A DNA stretch of 64,000 nucleotides from Chiloscyllium plagiosum (lineage: Eukaryota), in assembly GCF_004010195.1 (NCBI RefSeq), contig NC_057753.1:13071446-13135445 (forward strand), read 5' to 3'. Of the stretch, positions 12,036 through 25,540 are shown piece by piece. The position numbers and the translations under genes were made by a program. The stretch's first letter is position 1. Each line of letters begins with the position of its first letter. The notes under the pieces were generated by a model. The model made no database searches and was not told the origin of the DNA. It saw only the letters and a list, made by a program, of their open reading frames with translations.

Positions 12036-14449
12036 AATCAAAAAGAAAGAATATAGTTTCCTTAGACTGTAACAAAGGAAATTTGCTATTCATACCTGAT
12101 CAGGCCAGGAGAGCTACAAAGTCTCAGCAAATTCACTAACTCTGAACAGTGAAGTGGATTTCCTAACCGAGTCAAATGGTGTCAAGAAAAACAAATGGGC
12201 AAAAAATACAAGTTCTCGTCAGATTCAGCAATATCAACATCCTGGGATTAGAATTAACTGAAAACTGAACTGTATTAGCTACATAAGGATGGTTCCACCA
12301 CGAGCAGGGCAGAGACTATGTTTCTTGCAGTGAATGAACCGAAAGGACAGGAACAGATTAAGCCACTTCGCCCACCGAGTCTATTCCACTATGCAATGAG
12401 ATTAAGGCTGATCTCATAATCCACAACTCAACTTTTCTGCCTTTCCCCATAACCCTTGTATTTCCTTACTGACTAATAATCTGTTTCTTTCACCTTGAAA
12501 ATATTTAACTGCTCAACTATTGGAGCTCACTGCAATAAAGTAACCACAGATACACGATCCTGAAGAAAGAGAAAAAATCTTTCTTGACAATTTTGCCTTA
12601 AAAGAAAACGTTTACTCTGTGATTATACGCTCTGGACCTCGACTGATTTGAAGATAATTCAGAAGAGAACAGATCATTTTCAGATGGATAGCAATTCCGC
12701 AAAGCCTCGATGGGTGAAGAATTGAGTTCTTGCCCCATACACAGAGCAGTGAGACGAGCTAATTGGATTGTGTCAGTTTTGAATCAAATATTTTGAACTT
12801 TAAATTGTGGTGTTTTAATGCGTAGGAAAACTAAGTGCTGTTCTTAATACACATGAAGTATCTGAATTGTCGCTCACGAACGTTACAGTGTGCAGGAAGG
12901 TTCTTATTTCGAAATTTTAACCATTGCCCCGAGAGGTTTGTCGGCAGCCTCCACCCGACCCCAGTGAATTTTCTGGGAGTTGGTCATTTCCTCGAGAACA
13001 ACTTAAACAAGAGTTTCCACGTGGGATCAAATTGGGAAAACTCATGGTTAACACAAACGTTCTGACCTTTATACTTTGGAAATCAATGACCAACCCCCGA
13101 GAGAGGGGAACGGGCCAGACATCTCTCAGTCTGATTCACAAACAGAAAATGCTGAGAAAGCTCAGTGGGTCAAAGTAAGTCTGCGTGGTGAGAAATATTG
13201 CTAATTGTGGTTGTTTAGTCTAAATCGGTTTCAAAGGGGCTCCATTTGCTGTCAATAGTTTTGGATTCAGTTTGTGCTGTAAAGTGCTATAAAACTGCAA
13301 GGATTCTTTTTTGATCGTGTGCCCTGATGTATTATCTCTCTTCAAGTGAAAATTGTTATTTTCCATCTATGCTATTACAGGGAGTAATATCGAGGATCAA
13401 TCATAAATCATGTGCTCTGTAGCACAAGAAATGTTTATTCAGAGCTACATTACCACCTACATGGGAGAGGCCAGAGATCGATCCTAAACTGGTTTTCCAG
13501 TGAGACCCGCTTAGAAATAGCTCAGATCGTAAGGTCTTTGAATTCCTTAGTTGCCCAAAGAAATGTAAGGTTTTTATAGTCTTCGCATTATTTTAATTAT
13601 ATGCAAAGTCGATGTCATTGTTAGCCACATCCAGAAACCTCCACCATCTGTCTATGGGATCCTACAAATCTTCTGAAAGTTTTCTTCCTCTTTAGACATT
13701 TGCCAGCTGTATCACAATATTTACGAACAACATAAATTTTCAGTAAGTACTCTTACGATTCCTGCAAAAGTTTTACAATAGCAGGTTAGGAAGGATGTTA
13801 TTCTTATTAGTAATTATAACTTCTGTAAAATCAACTCTAATATGAAGTTACTGTGACACGACTGACAAATTGAGAATCGCCTTTGTCTGATTCCAGCCTT
13901 GCAATTGTGGTTTACGATCCAATTTGTTTCTATGCTGAATGCGACTTTTAAACTAAATGGTAATTTTAAATACTTCTTTGTTGTTTACACTTTAAACACT
14001 TCCGATTGCTAATTATCTTTTCTTAATAAAAATATATATTCAAATTCCACTAATAAGAGTGAAATTCTACCACTTATAACGTCATCAAGATATTAAATGA
14101 AACGTGCTGAGATTTCACAAATAACTCGTGGACAGCCATTTCTTTACACCGTAGTTTGCAATCACCGTAGTTTCCCTTGATCTTTGGATGAAATAACTTG
14201 TTCGAATTAGTTCCATCTACACTTAAGTTTAATTTATTTATCTTGTCTCTTCTTTATGAATCTATTCTGCCCCCTCCTGGGCGAATGGTCTTTTTGTTGC
14301 TTCGTGTTTACGCTGTCAGTGACATTATCTTTTTCTATAACGCCTCTTCATTGCGTCGGAACATTTGCTCAGGGAATGTAACTAACCTTTCATGGAGAGT
14401 TGTTTTTTGCCTTTTCAATTTTAGAATGGGCTAAACAATTCAGAATATT

Positions 14450-15245
14450 GTCATATCAAACCTTTCTGTACGCATTTCATTAAATGACAAACTTGGGACT
14501 GCGGCCAAACTAGGCCTTACAAGATGGCATTTATTCGTGTGTTTTTGCATTTGGAAATGTCTTTTTACTAAAACCTGATTGACTTCCCTCATGTTTGTTC
14601 CTGCAGAGAATGTCATCTTACACTTATAATGATGCTACTCTTTTCAGAAAGTCATGTTGTGCTTGTTTTATTTTCAGAACGTTCGTAAACACAGAGAGTT
14701 TTGGAGGTCGAGGTTTGAAGGGATTAAGGGCCACTTGATTATATCTAATTTATAGTACCTCAGACAAAAGGCTTTTAAGTTTTACAAAAAAGAACAATTG
14801 AAAATAAAGTGGAGTGGCCTGTTCTCCCAGCTCAGCATTGATCTTGTCTGGTTTGTTTTTAGCAGGCAGTTGATATGATGCTGCTGGCCTGAAAGAAAAG
14901 GGTCCAGGCTGATCTTCCCTCTCTTTGGCATCTGTCCTGCAAGAAACTGGATTTGATTTTACCTTTTGTTCCAAGAAGTGTTTCTGGGGATGGTTGCAAG
15001 TAATAGGTACAGCATCATTAAGTTGTGTTCGCAGAGGTTAAGATATTCTACACAATCTGTTCTTTTTTGTTTGTGTTACATTCAGTAATGTTGTACAAAA
15101 AATCTCTTTTGTTTAAACCTAAGTAGTTCTGCCAGCTGCATCACTCCTGGAATACCCACCTCACACCTGCTTAAATCAACAAGCAAAATTGGGGGCAGGT
15201 CTATTTAATTGAAAGATTTGGCGGGGTCTGACCTGGTGCATAACA
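14450..15245 (+). mobile_element. Putative gypsy-type solo LTR
   Basis: Ends ggggtctgacctggtgcataaCA, typical of elasmobranch gypsy LTR 3' ends; no internal coding; 5' boundary uncertain. Confidence 0.5.
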
Positions 15246-15878
15246 CCCTGCAAATCTAAATGAAGACCACAAGTCCAGCTTTGAACATGAGCAGGATTGA
15301 ACAGTTAAAACTTTTGGCCATGTAGTGTCAGCTGAAAAAGCCCGAAGCGACTATCTTGTCAACTTCTTTATGAGCTGCGAAAACACGCCCTCCATCCTCA
15401 TGACAGTTGACTTAAATACCAAGCAAGCCTATAAAATCTGCAGGATATACACACTATCCTGCTGCCGTGGGTAATGGGTGAATCCTTCAGTTCTCTCATT
15501 TCCTCATGTCATCGTTTATTTATATGTAGTATAATTGCATGTACTGGTATTATTAACGCCATCAAAACAAAGAATTTGACAACTACATGTGCATGAGATA
15601 TGACCAGGATCCATGGGTGTATTTAGATATTTAGTTCCCCAACCCCAAATCTGACGTATCCAGTTCGATTGTTATAACTCACTGTCAACTGTATGAGTTT
15701 TAATCTCGTTTGTATGTTCAGACTATTGATGAATGACTACTTCAGCTCTTTTCCCGAACTTTCCCCTGTCTATAGTCACACACGGAATTGATGGCACTTC
15801 CATTGCCAAGTACTTTGACACTTCTAAGTGCATGTCAGTTCGCTGGATGGTGAGATTCATTAATTCTTGTCACATCGG

Positions 15879-16718
15879 TTTATATAAGTTCTGCACAGTA
15901 ATAATAATGCTCTGCCTCGGGTTGCAATTTGCAATATTCTGTCTATTTAACTTGCACTGCTTTGAACTCTTCTGGGTATAGCTAGTTTATTTGAGTAAAC
16001 AGCATATTGTTCTAATCAGGGGATACTGCAAGAATGACTGGTTGTTCATTGACGAAATAGGTTACATACACTTGTCACATGTCACAAAACACAAACTGAA
16101 AGATTTTGACTGGTCATGGCATCAGAGCTTCATCAGTGATTATTTCCTTGGTGACAGTTTATTAAGTCAATTACCTTTTGGGTTGCACTCAATAAACGTA
16201 TGAATTGGACGGTCATTTTGTAATATCCGAGTCCTTTCTTGGTATCTCCCAATATTGTGAACATTTCTTCGATGATATGTGTGATAGTCCCCATGTTTGG
16301 AGATGCATAACACTACCCCATTGAACGACCCTCTTCATTAGCGTTCTCAATACTCAAAACTCTGGTCGCAACAGATAAACACCTTATGTTTCCCTGGGGC
16401 ATTTTTCTCCTACACGTGTTCACACTTGTTTTCTTCTGTCACTCAATCGGGGAATGTCATGCATATTCAGTTTCAGCAGATTGGTACTAATCATTGTCAA
16501 TAGCCAGCTAGCACAGATTCTGTATGTTTCAGTTCTATGTTCTCAATGAACAACCAGTCATTCTTGCAGTATCCCCTGATTAGAATAACGTGCTATTTAC
16601 TCAAAACAGCTAGCAATACCTAGAAGGGTTCAAAGCAGTGCAAATTAAAAGGACAGAATATTGCAAATTGCATCCCGAGGCACAGCATTATTATTATTAT
16701 TATGCAGAGCTTATATAA
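15879..16718. repeat. Imperfect inverted repeat with ~175-bp arms (15879-16052 / 16543-16718)
   Basis: ttctaatcaggggatactgcaagaatgactggttgttcattg (16010-16051) is the exact reverse complement of 16544-16585; similarity extends out to tatataag at both outer ends. Confidence 0.92.
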
Positions 16719-19620
16719 GTACGAGCCAATCAGTCAATAAATTAAGAAGCCATATTTTGCAGAAGTTTCAGAAATTTAATGGCATCTAATGCAACCTGGA
16801 ATTTTGTCTGTCTACCCAATTTGTTTCAACTTAGTCTTGACAGCCCGGTTTACAATTCTACGCATCTGCTCCGACAGACTCTGAAGCTTTTCATCTCTTT
16901 TGTCTATTTCTAATATGTTTAATGCCAATCATCCCGAGTCGTAACTGGCTCCTGCCATTTCAAATAGTCATGTCATTTTTCCAGAGAAGATTTTTTTCTC
17001 TGATCTGAACTCCTACATTTCCAAATTTAATCCGAATAGGTGAGCAATCAATTATTTTGTTGTTTTGGGGCACCATTCTTGCACTTTTGTCAGGTCACAA
17101 ACTAATAGACATGCTCATACCCTAGCAGCAGAATTACGTTTTTTCCTACATTTTTCATTATTAAATAACTTTCCCTTTGTTTCAGATGAGGGTTCATGAT
17201 TAAACTCACTTGGCTCAGGGTCATGACCACCTTTTCGCTCAAATCGTGAAATTGGGAACACATATCAATTCTGGAGAATCATTATATCGTTTTGCAACGA
17301 GGACCACCGTGCAGTCCACAATTTATTTACGAACAATGTCATACTTTCATCCCTTTCCTTCTACTACCGTTACTAAATCCATAATGACACGTAGTGATAC
17401 AATTCGTGGGTAGAGTCTAATACTTGGGACATGTCGAGAATATTGTGACTCCCTGTTCTGCATATATACATTCACTGGTGTTTGCACTAAACACATAGCT
17501 TGGGCTTGTTTAATGTAATAATTCTTGAGGTCCGTGTTTATCGACCAGTTTTATTTCCCTTTTTTGTTTTTTGGCATGGCTGGAAGGATACGACATGCCA
17601 GAGATAGCATCATGAATTCCCTTTCTGTAACGCTTTTATTCACATTTTCATCACTACTGCTCCCAGCGCTTTGGCATACATGCGATCTACAAGTAATATT
17701 ACCGTTACAATGTCATACATGCATTCTGTCTTCCCTTTCTCTCCTTCTGTTACTCTCGGAGGCTATTTTCCAATTCTAAATTAGATGGCAGTGGTGGCCA
17801 CTACACTATAAAGAACAAGGCTCCATCACAACTTCCTGAAGGGTTAATTTTCATAATTAAGCTTCATTTAAATCAAATTTGACCCAGGGATTTCACTTTT
17901 CCACCTCATCCACTATTTATATTCACTAAAACGCATGTATCAACTTTGATAATAATCTCGTATGGTCCAACCTATCATGTTCGCAGTTCCACACGCTCCA
18001 GTAATATACTTCATCCTTACTTTATCTTCTGGGTTAGCAATATCATCTAGGATGTTTTTGTGCTCACTTTCTCAATTGCTAATTCTCTGTCTATCAGCAA
18101 GTTCTCCTTTAAATTCATACAGTTGCTTTGCCAGTTCTTCCAAAGATTGTTTAACCCTATCCTTCCCATTGCACACCTATGGTTCTCCGAATACCACGTC
18201 ATCTGGTATTTACATAGCCCATCCAGTCATTAATTCAAAGAGAACCAACATCATTCATTTTTCTGGCGTTGACCTCAATTTCATTAAGATAGCAGGACGT
18301 ATGGTAAAATATCATTCAGTTTTTAGTGATGGGTCTATTCAGACTACTATATCTGAAATTTGGTCGTGGGATGGGAGTAGGATTTTCTGTTTTGTACCTA
18401 ACATGACAGATCCTTGCTTAATTCATATTTGTGTCAAATTGGCCGTTGGTCAGAATCCATGTGAAAGTGTACACCTCACCCCCACGTGACATCGGTGTAA
18501 TATGCCAATATATTTCCAACTGTTCTTGTTGAGAAATGCCTGCAGCAGAATGCTTTAACCCACCGAATAATTCTATATTTTCTGACCAAGCAGTGCTTCT
18601 TTCTCTGAGATTGGGATATGGGTCGCGTAATATCCATTTGTAATTGTTCCAGTACGTCCGTGGTTCTTGGCTGGTAGGTCAATCTTATTTTGATTGTTCC
18701 ATCTGGCTCAGGCAGTGGGGACTACGCATCTCTGACGGAATATTTTTTCTTCCTCTCTTCCAGGCCATCAACTACAAGGAGTCACCTAGTATTGCATTTT
18801 AGCCAGCCCAACGTGGGCTAGGGTATGATATGTTTTAAGAACGTATGTCATATAAAGTGTGGTGAAACTACCTTATCCATCATCACACACACTCTGTCTT
18901 GCCGTGTCATTGCCCCACGCTATTTCCCATTCATTTTTCGCTTCCTGTGTGGCTGTTTCTTGAAGAGTTTGTTTTTTTTTAAACTTAACTCTCTTGCTTT
19001 TGTGAAAATTGTGACTGGCAGTTTTACAAATGTCTGTTCGGTTTCTGTAAACATCTTAGCTGGCTTATTGGCAAACTGATTACCCCATTGTTGCGGTGTT
19101 TCTACCTTCCTATGAGCTCTAATCCTAATTCCAGTTACTTTATTAAGCAACTTAGCTACTTCCACCAACTCTTCAACCTGTTCGTCGAGCTGTCCATGAG
19201 ACGAGGTGATGTACCTTCTCCAACCTCAGGTCAACATATTATCATGCCCTATCCCAAACTCAGGCCTACCATCTCATTCTCTACCATGAAAGCTGCTGGA
19301 TTTACTGAACTGAGTTTACAAATCATTCACTATTTGTATATGCTCGTCAGCAGGGGCATTGGCCTTACTTTTCATGATTCTAATAGAATCACATAATTAT
19401 GAGGCTTCATCACTTGCCTCATCAGAGTATTGGGTTAGTACCCTAAAATTGCTCATGTGTCACAATCCAGACCTGAGCACACCGGTAAAGTCTGGCTACA
19501 TCACTCTTCCACTATTTGAATAATATGCTACCGACCTGATACTACCATCACTCGTTTAACTCACTGCTGTTTAGTTTCCGTTCTCATTATCACAAAAACA
19601 AATCTGAAAAAGCCTTTCAG
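16550..19620 (-). mobile_element. Decayed endogenous retrovirus: RNase H, integrase and env remnants
   Basis: RNase H end KVTGIRIRAHRKVETPQQWGNQFANKPAK (18920-19168). Integrase EQLQMDITRPISQSQRKKHCLV..IRWVKAFCCR..TWG (18476-18682), LHMDSDQ, FELMTGWAM, GPYEII. Env-like KRYRKGIHDAISG (about 17635-17597), heptad EKLQSLSEQMRRIVNRAV, and TM YKLCIIIIIMLCLGMQFAIFC (about 16715-16653). Confidence 0.8.
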
Positions 19621-20121
19621 CAATCTGACAATCCTAACTGTAGGTCAAAAGCTTGCTGTCACCAAACAAAGGTTATCTGCGTTTAAGGTCACACTCTGCT
19701 CTTTCCCTTGACAGTCCAATCTGATTGCTGCTTCGTTAGCCTACGTTGGGATACTGTTGAAGTAGTGGGAGGCTTGGAGGGCGGTGAAGGAGTTGGTGAG
19801 AGGGCCCTCGATCTTTATAGGTTTGACAGATAACAACCCATTCCTGATCATCTTCTTGATCAAATTTTCATTGAAATCTAGTGCACCTCATAACAATGAG
19901 TCTTCTGTGGCCCTGAATGTTTTCTCTTTCAAAATTGAAAGGACTGCAGGTAATGTAAATTAGGAACAAAAAACACAAGTTTCTGGATAAGCTCAGTAGG
20001 TCTGGCAGCATCTGTGAAGAGAATTCAGAAATAACATTTCGGGTCAGTAGGTTCTTAAGGCAGGCAGTGACTATAATATGACAAAATTTACTTTGCAATT
20101 TGAGAGGGACAAACGGGAATC

Positions 20122-22200
20122 AGATGTAGCAGTATTTTAGTTGAATAAAGGCATCGACAGAGGGAAGAGCTGACCATAATTGACTGGGAGAGGAAACTAA
20201 CAGGAAAGACAGCGGAACAGCAATGGCAGGTTTTCTGGGAATAATTCAAAAATTCATTTCTAGAAAAACTAAGGGAAAGGAGGACGAAGCAACCATGACT
20301 GACAAGGAAAGTGAGGCATAAAATCAAAGGAAAAATCATATAAGGGAGCGAAAAGCAGTGGGAAACCAGAGGATTGGGAAGTCTAAAATGACCAACAGAG
20401 GACACCGAAAATTGAAAAAAGGAGGGAGAAGATTAAATATGAGTTAAGCTAGCCAGTAATATAGAAGAAATCAAGAATGTTTTTAAATGTATAAAGGACA
20501 AAAGTGAGGCAAGAGTAGCTAATGTGCTGCTGTAAAATGAAGCGAGAGAAGGAGTAATGGGAAAGAAGAAATGGTGGAGGACCTAAAGAATTACTTTGCA
20601 GTGGTCTTCACGGTGGAAGACAGAACAAAAATCTCAATAATCCAGGAGTGTCGAGAGGCAGAAGTGAATATGGTAGCCATATCCAAGGAAAAGATGCGAG
20701 AAAATCTGAAGATGGATAAATTACCTGGACCTGGTGGACTACGGAAGGAATTCTGATGGAGAGAGATGAAAAGGGAGTAGAGACGTTAGGAATGATCTTT
20801 CAGGAATCACTAGAAAAAGAGAAGGTTCCAGAGGACTCCGAAATCCCAAATGTAACTTTTGTGCTTAAGAAGGTCGTAAGGCAAGAGATGAGGAATTACA
20901 GGTTGAGTAGCTTGAAACCTTTGGCAACATTTTAGAGTCCGTTATGAAGGATGGCATTTCTCAATACTTGGTAGTGCATGGTAAAATCGGGCAAAATCAA
21001 AATAGTTTCATTAACGGCATGTCATGCCTGACAAATCTGTTAAATTTCTTTGAAATGGTAACGAACAAGGTTAACCACGGAGAGAAAATTAATGTTATCA
21101 AATTAGAATTCAAGGAGGCCTCTGAAAAGGTGCCACACAGGAGACTATTGAGTAAGATAAGAGACCATGGTGTTAGAGGCTGGTTAATAGCATGTATAGA
21201 AGATTGGCTGTCTGGCAGAAAGCAGAGACAGGGGATAAAAGAAGAATGGGAGCCGATGACCAGTGATGTTCTCCCAGTGTCAGTGTTGAGCCGACAGCTT
21301 TTCACTTTACACATTAATGATTTGGGTGAAGGGACTGAATGCAATCTGGCTAATTTTGCAAATGATACGAAGAGAGTTGGATGAGCATGCAGTAAGGATT
21401 TAGGCTGGTTAGAAAAATGGGCAAAGAACTGGCAGATGGCACACACGCAGAGAAGTGTGGGGTCACGCACTTTGGTTGGAAGAACAGAGGCACAGGCAAT
21501 TTTCGAAATGGCGTGGAAATTCTGAAAATTGAAATTCAGAGGGTCTGGGGAGACCCATTCCAGGATTCTGTTTAGGGAAACTTGCACGTTGAATTTGTTG
21601 TTAGGAGGGAAAATGCAATGTTGGCATTTATTTCTAGAGAATGCAAATATAAGCGCAGCGCATATATCTAAGGCTTTATAAGACTCCGGTTTGAACACAT
21701 TTGGAATATTGTGAGCAGCTATGGGTTCCCTATTTCAGGAAGGTAGTACTGGCCCTGGAGTGTGCCCTGGAGAATGAAACAGGAATGTAACTTTGAACAT
21801 ATGAGGAACTCTGTCTCTCTACTCGAGAAATTTATAAGGATGAGTGGGGATCTAATTAAAATTTACAGAATACTGAACGGCCTGGACATTGAGGATGTTG
21901 GGAAGTCGTTTCCATTAACAGAAGAGACGTGTACCCGAGGGCGGAGTCTTTATTTAAAGGCAAGAGCCTTCAGAACGGAGATGAGGAGAAACGACTTCAG
22001 CCAGAGACTGGTGAATCCATGGAATTCATTGCTAGAAAAGTCTGTGAAGGCCAGGTTATTGAGTAATTTAAGGGACAGATCTTTAGATTTTTAATTATCA
22101 AGAGGATCGAAGGTTACAGGGAGAAAGCGGAGAATGTGGTTGAGAAACTTGTCAGCCATGGTTGCATAACGGAGCAGACTGGATAAGCCATTTCCTTAAC
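20122..22200 (+). mobile_element. CR1-type LINE (degenerate RT)
   Basis: ORF 20944-21384 (SCLTNLLNFFE..KVPHRRLLSKIRDHGVRG..WLSGRKQR..LFTLHINDL..NFANDTK); ORF 21762-22094 covers the RT C-terminus. Confidence 0.92.
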
Positions 22201-24299
22201 TGCACAGTACCTCGCTCATCTGTTTTTTTTTTTTGCTTCAATGCTGCTCAGAGCAAACTTTAATCACCTTCTGCTTCTGCAAAAATGGACTGTTCACAAC
22301 TGAACATTCTCCACGAAAAATCACAGAAAGAGATAATCACCCCTTGCATTGGTTTCGAAATTATATTTTCAACTGCAAAACTAACGGGATAAAGAGTGGT
22401 TAATTGTGGTTAAATGATCAGGATGGATATGTGAGCCAGTGTATGTAGTAAAATCGGACCCTCCACTGAGGCTTGCAGCATCAGCTCCACGGTCATTTCC
22501 TGCCCCGTGCCTTCCAGTCATCACTGTCTTTTACTTTTCCACTCCTTCTCTCCTGCTATGAACTTCTTCCCGGCCAACTGCAGGTCTCTAATTAGAAACT
22601 GCAACTTTTACTAACCGATTCCTGGTAAATGGACGTCATCCACTAGGACATGATTTATAGCCCTTTCTTAATTACTGCAGAGGTGAAGAGCTGCTTTCTT
22701 CAATCCTAGACCACCTTGGATGTCGGTATAGCCAAGTTATGAGTAGGGAGGGAGTTGCATGATTTAGATCCAGTAACGCTGAAGGAACTGAGATGTAGTT
22801 CCAACTCAGAATGGCACATGGCTTGCAGGGGTGTTTGTGGGTGGCAGTTTTGCAATCTATCCACTGCCATTTTCCATCCAGACACTACCAATGTCTTACT
22901 GAACTGAGTCTGGCAGATTCAGCTTTATGTATTTTATTTGTAATCAGCATTTCGATTTCTTTTGGCGAATTCACACAAAAGAAATAATTCTCAATTTCCC
23001 AACTGGGAATTTTATCCAGAAATAGGCGATCCAAGCTCTGAATCGTAACCCCGGAAAAAAAGAGTGATCTTGACAATAAATCAGCATCTTGACTTGTACA
23101 CCCTCTTCTGCTATATCTGATATCCCATCTGATATCAATCATAAAGACTTTTATTTTCTTAATAAATGCTGAAACGTATCGAATGTTTTCTTGAAGCTTG
23201 AGATCAGAAGACATGAAAATTGGGGAATTAGATTCTATTAGGTTCCCTACAGCGTGGAAACAGGCCATTCGACCCAATAAATCCACACCAACCTTCCGAA
23301 GAGTAACCTATTACATAAAAAGAATTAAATTAAAGATAAATGCAATCGATACTAGAAATCAAAGACAAACACAGAAGCATCTCTAAAGAAGTAGAAGATC
23401 TGCCATCATCTGCGGAGAATGAAACCAAATTAATGTTTCGAGTACAGTTGTACTTTCATTCAGAACAGTTCTGAAGGGAGTCAAATCGCGCTTGAAACGT
23501 TAATTTTGTGGGCCAAATGCTCCTATTCATAATTGTGACTTACACGGAAAAAAAATCAAATCAAAGTTAACAGATTTGGAGTTGATTCATAAGTTTCTAA
23601 AACTCAGCAAATCAGGTTGACCACGAAATTTTCATCTAGATAGAGGAGCAAAATAGCAATCTGTTAGTTTCAGATGTAGACATGAATTTGAAGTGCCACT
23701 TCTGTTGACCTCACACACACACACGAAAGAAAAGAAAAGCATCAAATCTAAATTAGTTCTGAAACAAAATAATAAAGATGTAAATAACACCTAATTCAGG
23801 GAAGGAGTTGAAATGAATTTGAGTGATTATAATGTAATTGGGAACAGACTGCTGATGTTTGATTTGAATTAATTTATTATTATCATATCTACTAAAGTAA
23901 TGTGAAAATTTGGTTTTGCATGCAATGGAGGCAGATCACAACATAGCGTGATTGAACAGAACGAGGAATCATTGTTACAGCTGCAAAGGTAAGGCAGATA
24001 AAGCAAGATCTACATTTGATATTGTTAATTGACTAATAGTTCCGGATTTATCAAAATAGTGCTGATTGCAGAGCACGTAAACAGACATCAATAAATCTGA
24101 ATGAATCATTGATGAGGCAAGTTGAAATGCTTGAACCAACTTTTTGATGTCTTCTTCTTAATAATGTTCCAGATTTTCAAATAGATAGTAACCATAGTTC
24201 CAAAACCATTGAATAAAAAATGGATAAAGGAACATGCATAAATACCACTCCAATTAATTAATCGATTTCCCAAAAAATGAATGAACAAATATATATTTA

Positions 24300-24360
24300 T
24301 GTAATAGGTAGATAAATAACGAGATAGATAAATAGATACATACATACATACGTAGATAGG
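24300..24360. repeat. (GATA)n/(CATA)n tetranucleotide tract
   Basis: gatagataaatagatacatacatacatacgtagatag. Confidence 0.75.
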
Positions 24361-24641
24361 TTATAAAACACTGCCTGACAATACTTGGAGTCCTCAAGTT
24401 GTGTTCAGAGACGCAAACTGTGGACTATTATCACATCTAAAACCTCTACAACTTCAGAAGATTTCAATAGTTGGAATAGTAAACATCAGAGCTGAAGAAT
24501 ACTCCTTACATTTAATGAGTACAAGAGCTTGCCAGGATCCTTTCTCATTCTCGTTTGAGAGAGACCATGATGAACTGTGCCTCTGTGATGAAAGAGAAAA
24601 AGTATCGGGAGATGTCTTTATTTTGTTATCCATGGAAGGTT

Positions 24642-25540
24642 TCACCATGTAAAATTCGTGATAGTAGTGAAAGGACACATGAGCAGCTTTTTCATCTCTT
24701 CTCGAAATTTGGTCTGGGAAACCACATAAATGAAGACATTGTTGCAGGAACTAAGTATCTGTAGCATGTTGGTCGTTTCTTGCAGAATAATATCAGGGTC
24801 ACTCGATTCCAAGCCGTTGAAGTAACCTTCACCTACCAATTGCACGTAAAGGTAACGCCCCACATAAGTGGACCAAAGGAGGAGGAAACTGATCGAGATG
24901 GCAAAGAGCAAGACAATGGATCTTTTGCGATTGGCCATCTCTGGGTCTGCACGGTCACCTTCACCCCAAAGTCTTTTGCGGGCTCTGTTAGCTTCTAAGA
25001 TGTGTATTACAGTTAATGTGTTGAGAAGCAGAATGAGAAGGAAAGGGAGAAGTGGTGTTAAAATCTGATCCAGCTTGTCGTAGACCTTCCAGAAGGACGA
25101 AGTATAATAGATTGGTTTAATGTCACAGAACCAGGGCACCCCATCCACAATGTACAGCGGCTGAGAGACTAAGCAGAAAGGGACATTCTTGACACAGCTC
25201 AGAGAACAAATCATTCCTATTACCAGAGTTGCAGTTTTCTTGGTGCAGTATCTGATCTTTAGCTTCTGACAGCTGATGGCCACAAAACGATCAATGGTAA
25301 AAGCCACTGTCAGCCAGACAGAGCCATCTCGTGTAGCATAGACCATCACACTGGTGACTGTACACGCAGGGGTGGTGGACAGGACACTGTTTCTGAAGTA
25401 GATACCACCAATACGGTTGAGCACACAGCCAGCCATAATGACAAGGAAGTCCGCTATTGTGATTGCCACCAGGTAAAATGTGATGCAGAGAGAGAGCCCA
25501 CATTTTCTTTGACACAGGACCACGATCGCCAACGAGTTTG
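24642..25540 (-). CDS. GPR139/GPR142-like class A GPCR, exon 2 (end of TM1 to stop)
   Basis: Open frame after the acceptor gtccttctAG (phase 1): ANSLAIVVL..YLVAITIADFLVI..C..SVWLTVAFTIDRFVAI..PLLPFLLILLLN..RKRSIVLLFAISISFLLLW..SSCNNVFIYVVSQTKFREEMKK. With exon 1 this gives seven hydrophobic segments; spliced CDS is 969 nt = 322 aa. Confidence 0.93.

Noticed and set aside
17962-18489. 175-aa plus-strand ORF
   Set aside because: Antisense to the retroviral integrase remnant; no recognisable protein features.
20997-21698. 233-aa minus-strand ORF (and the similar 9161-9703)
   Set aside because: Antisense to CR1 ORF2.
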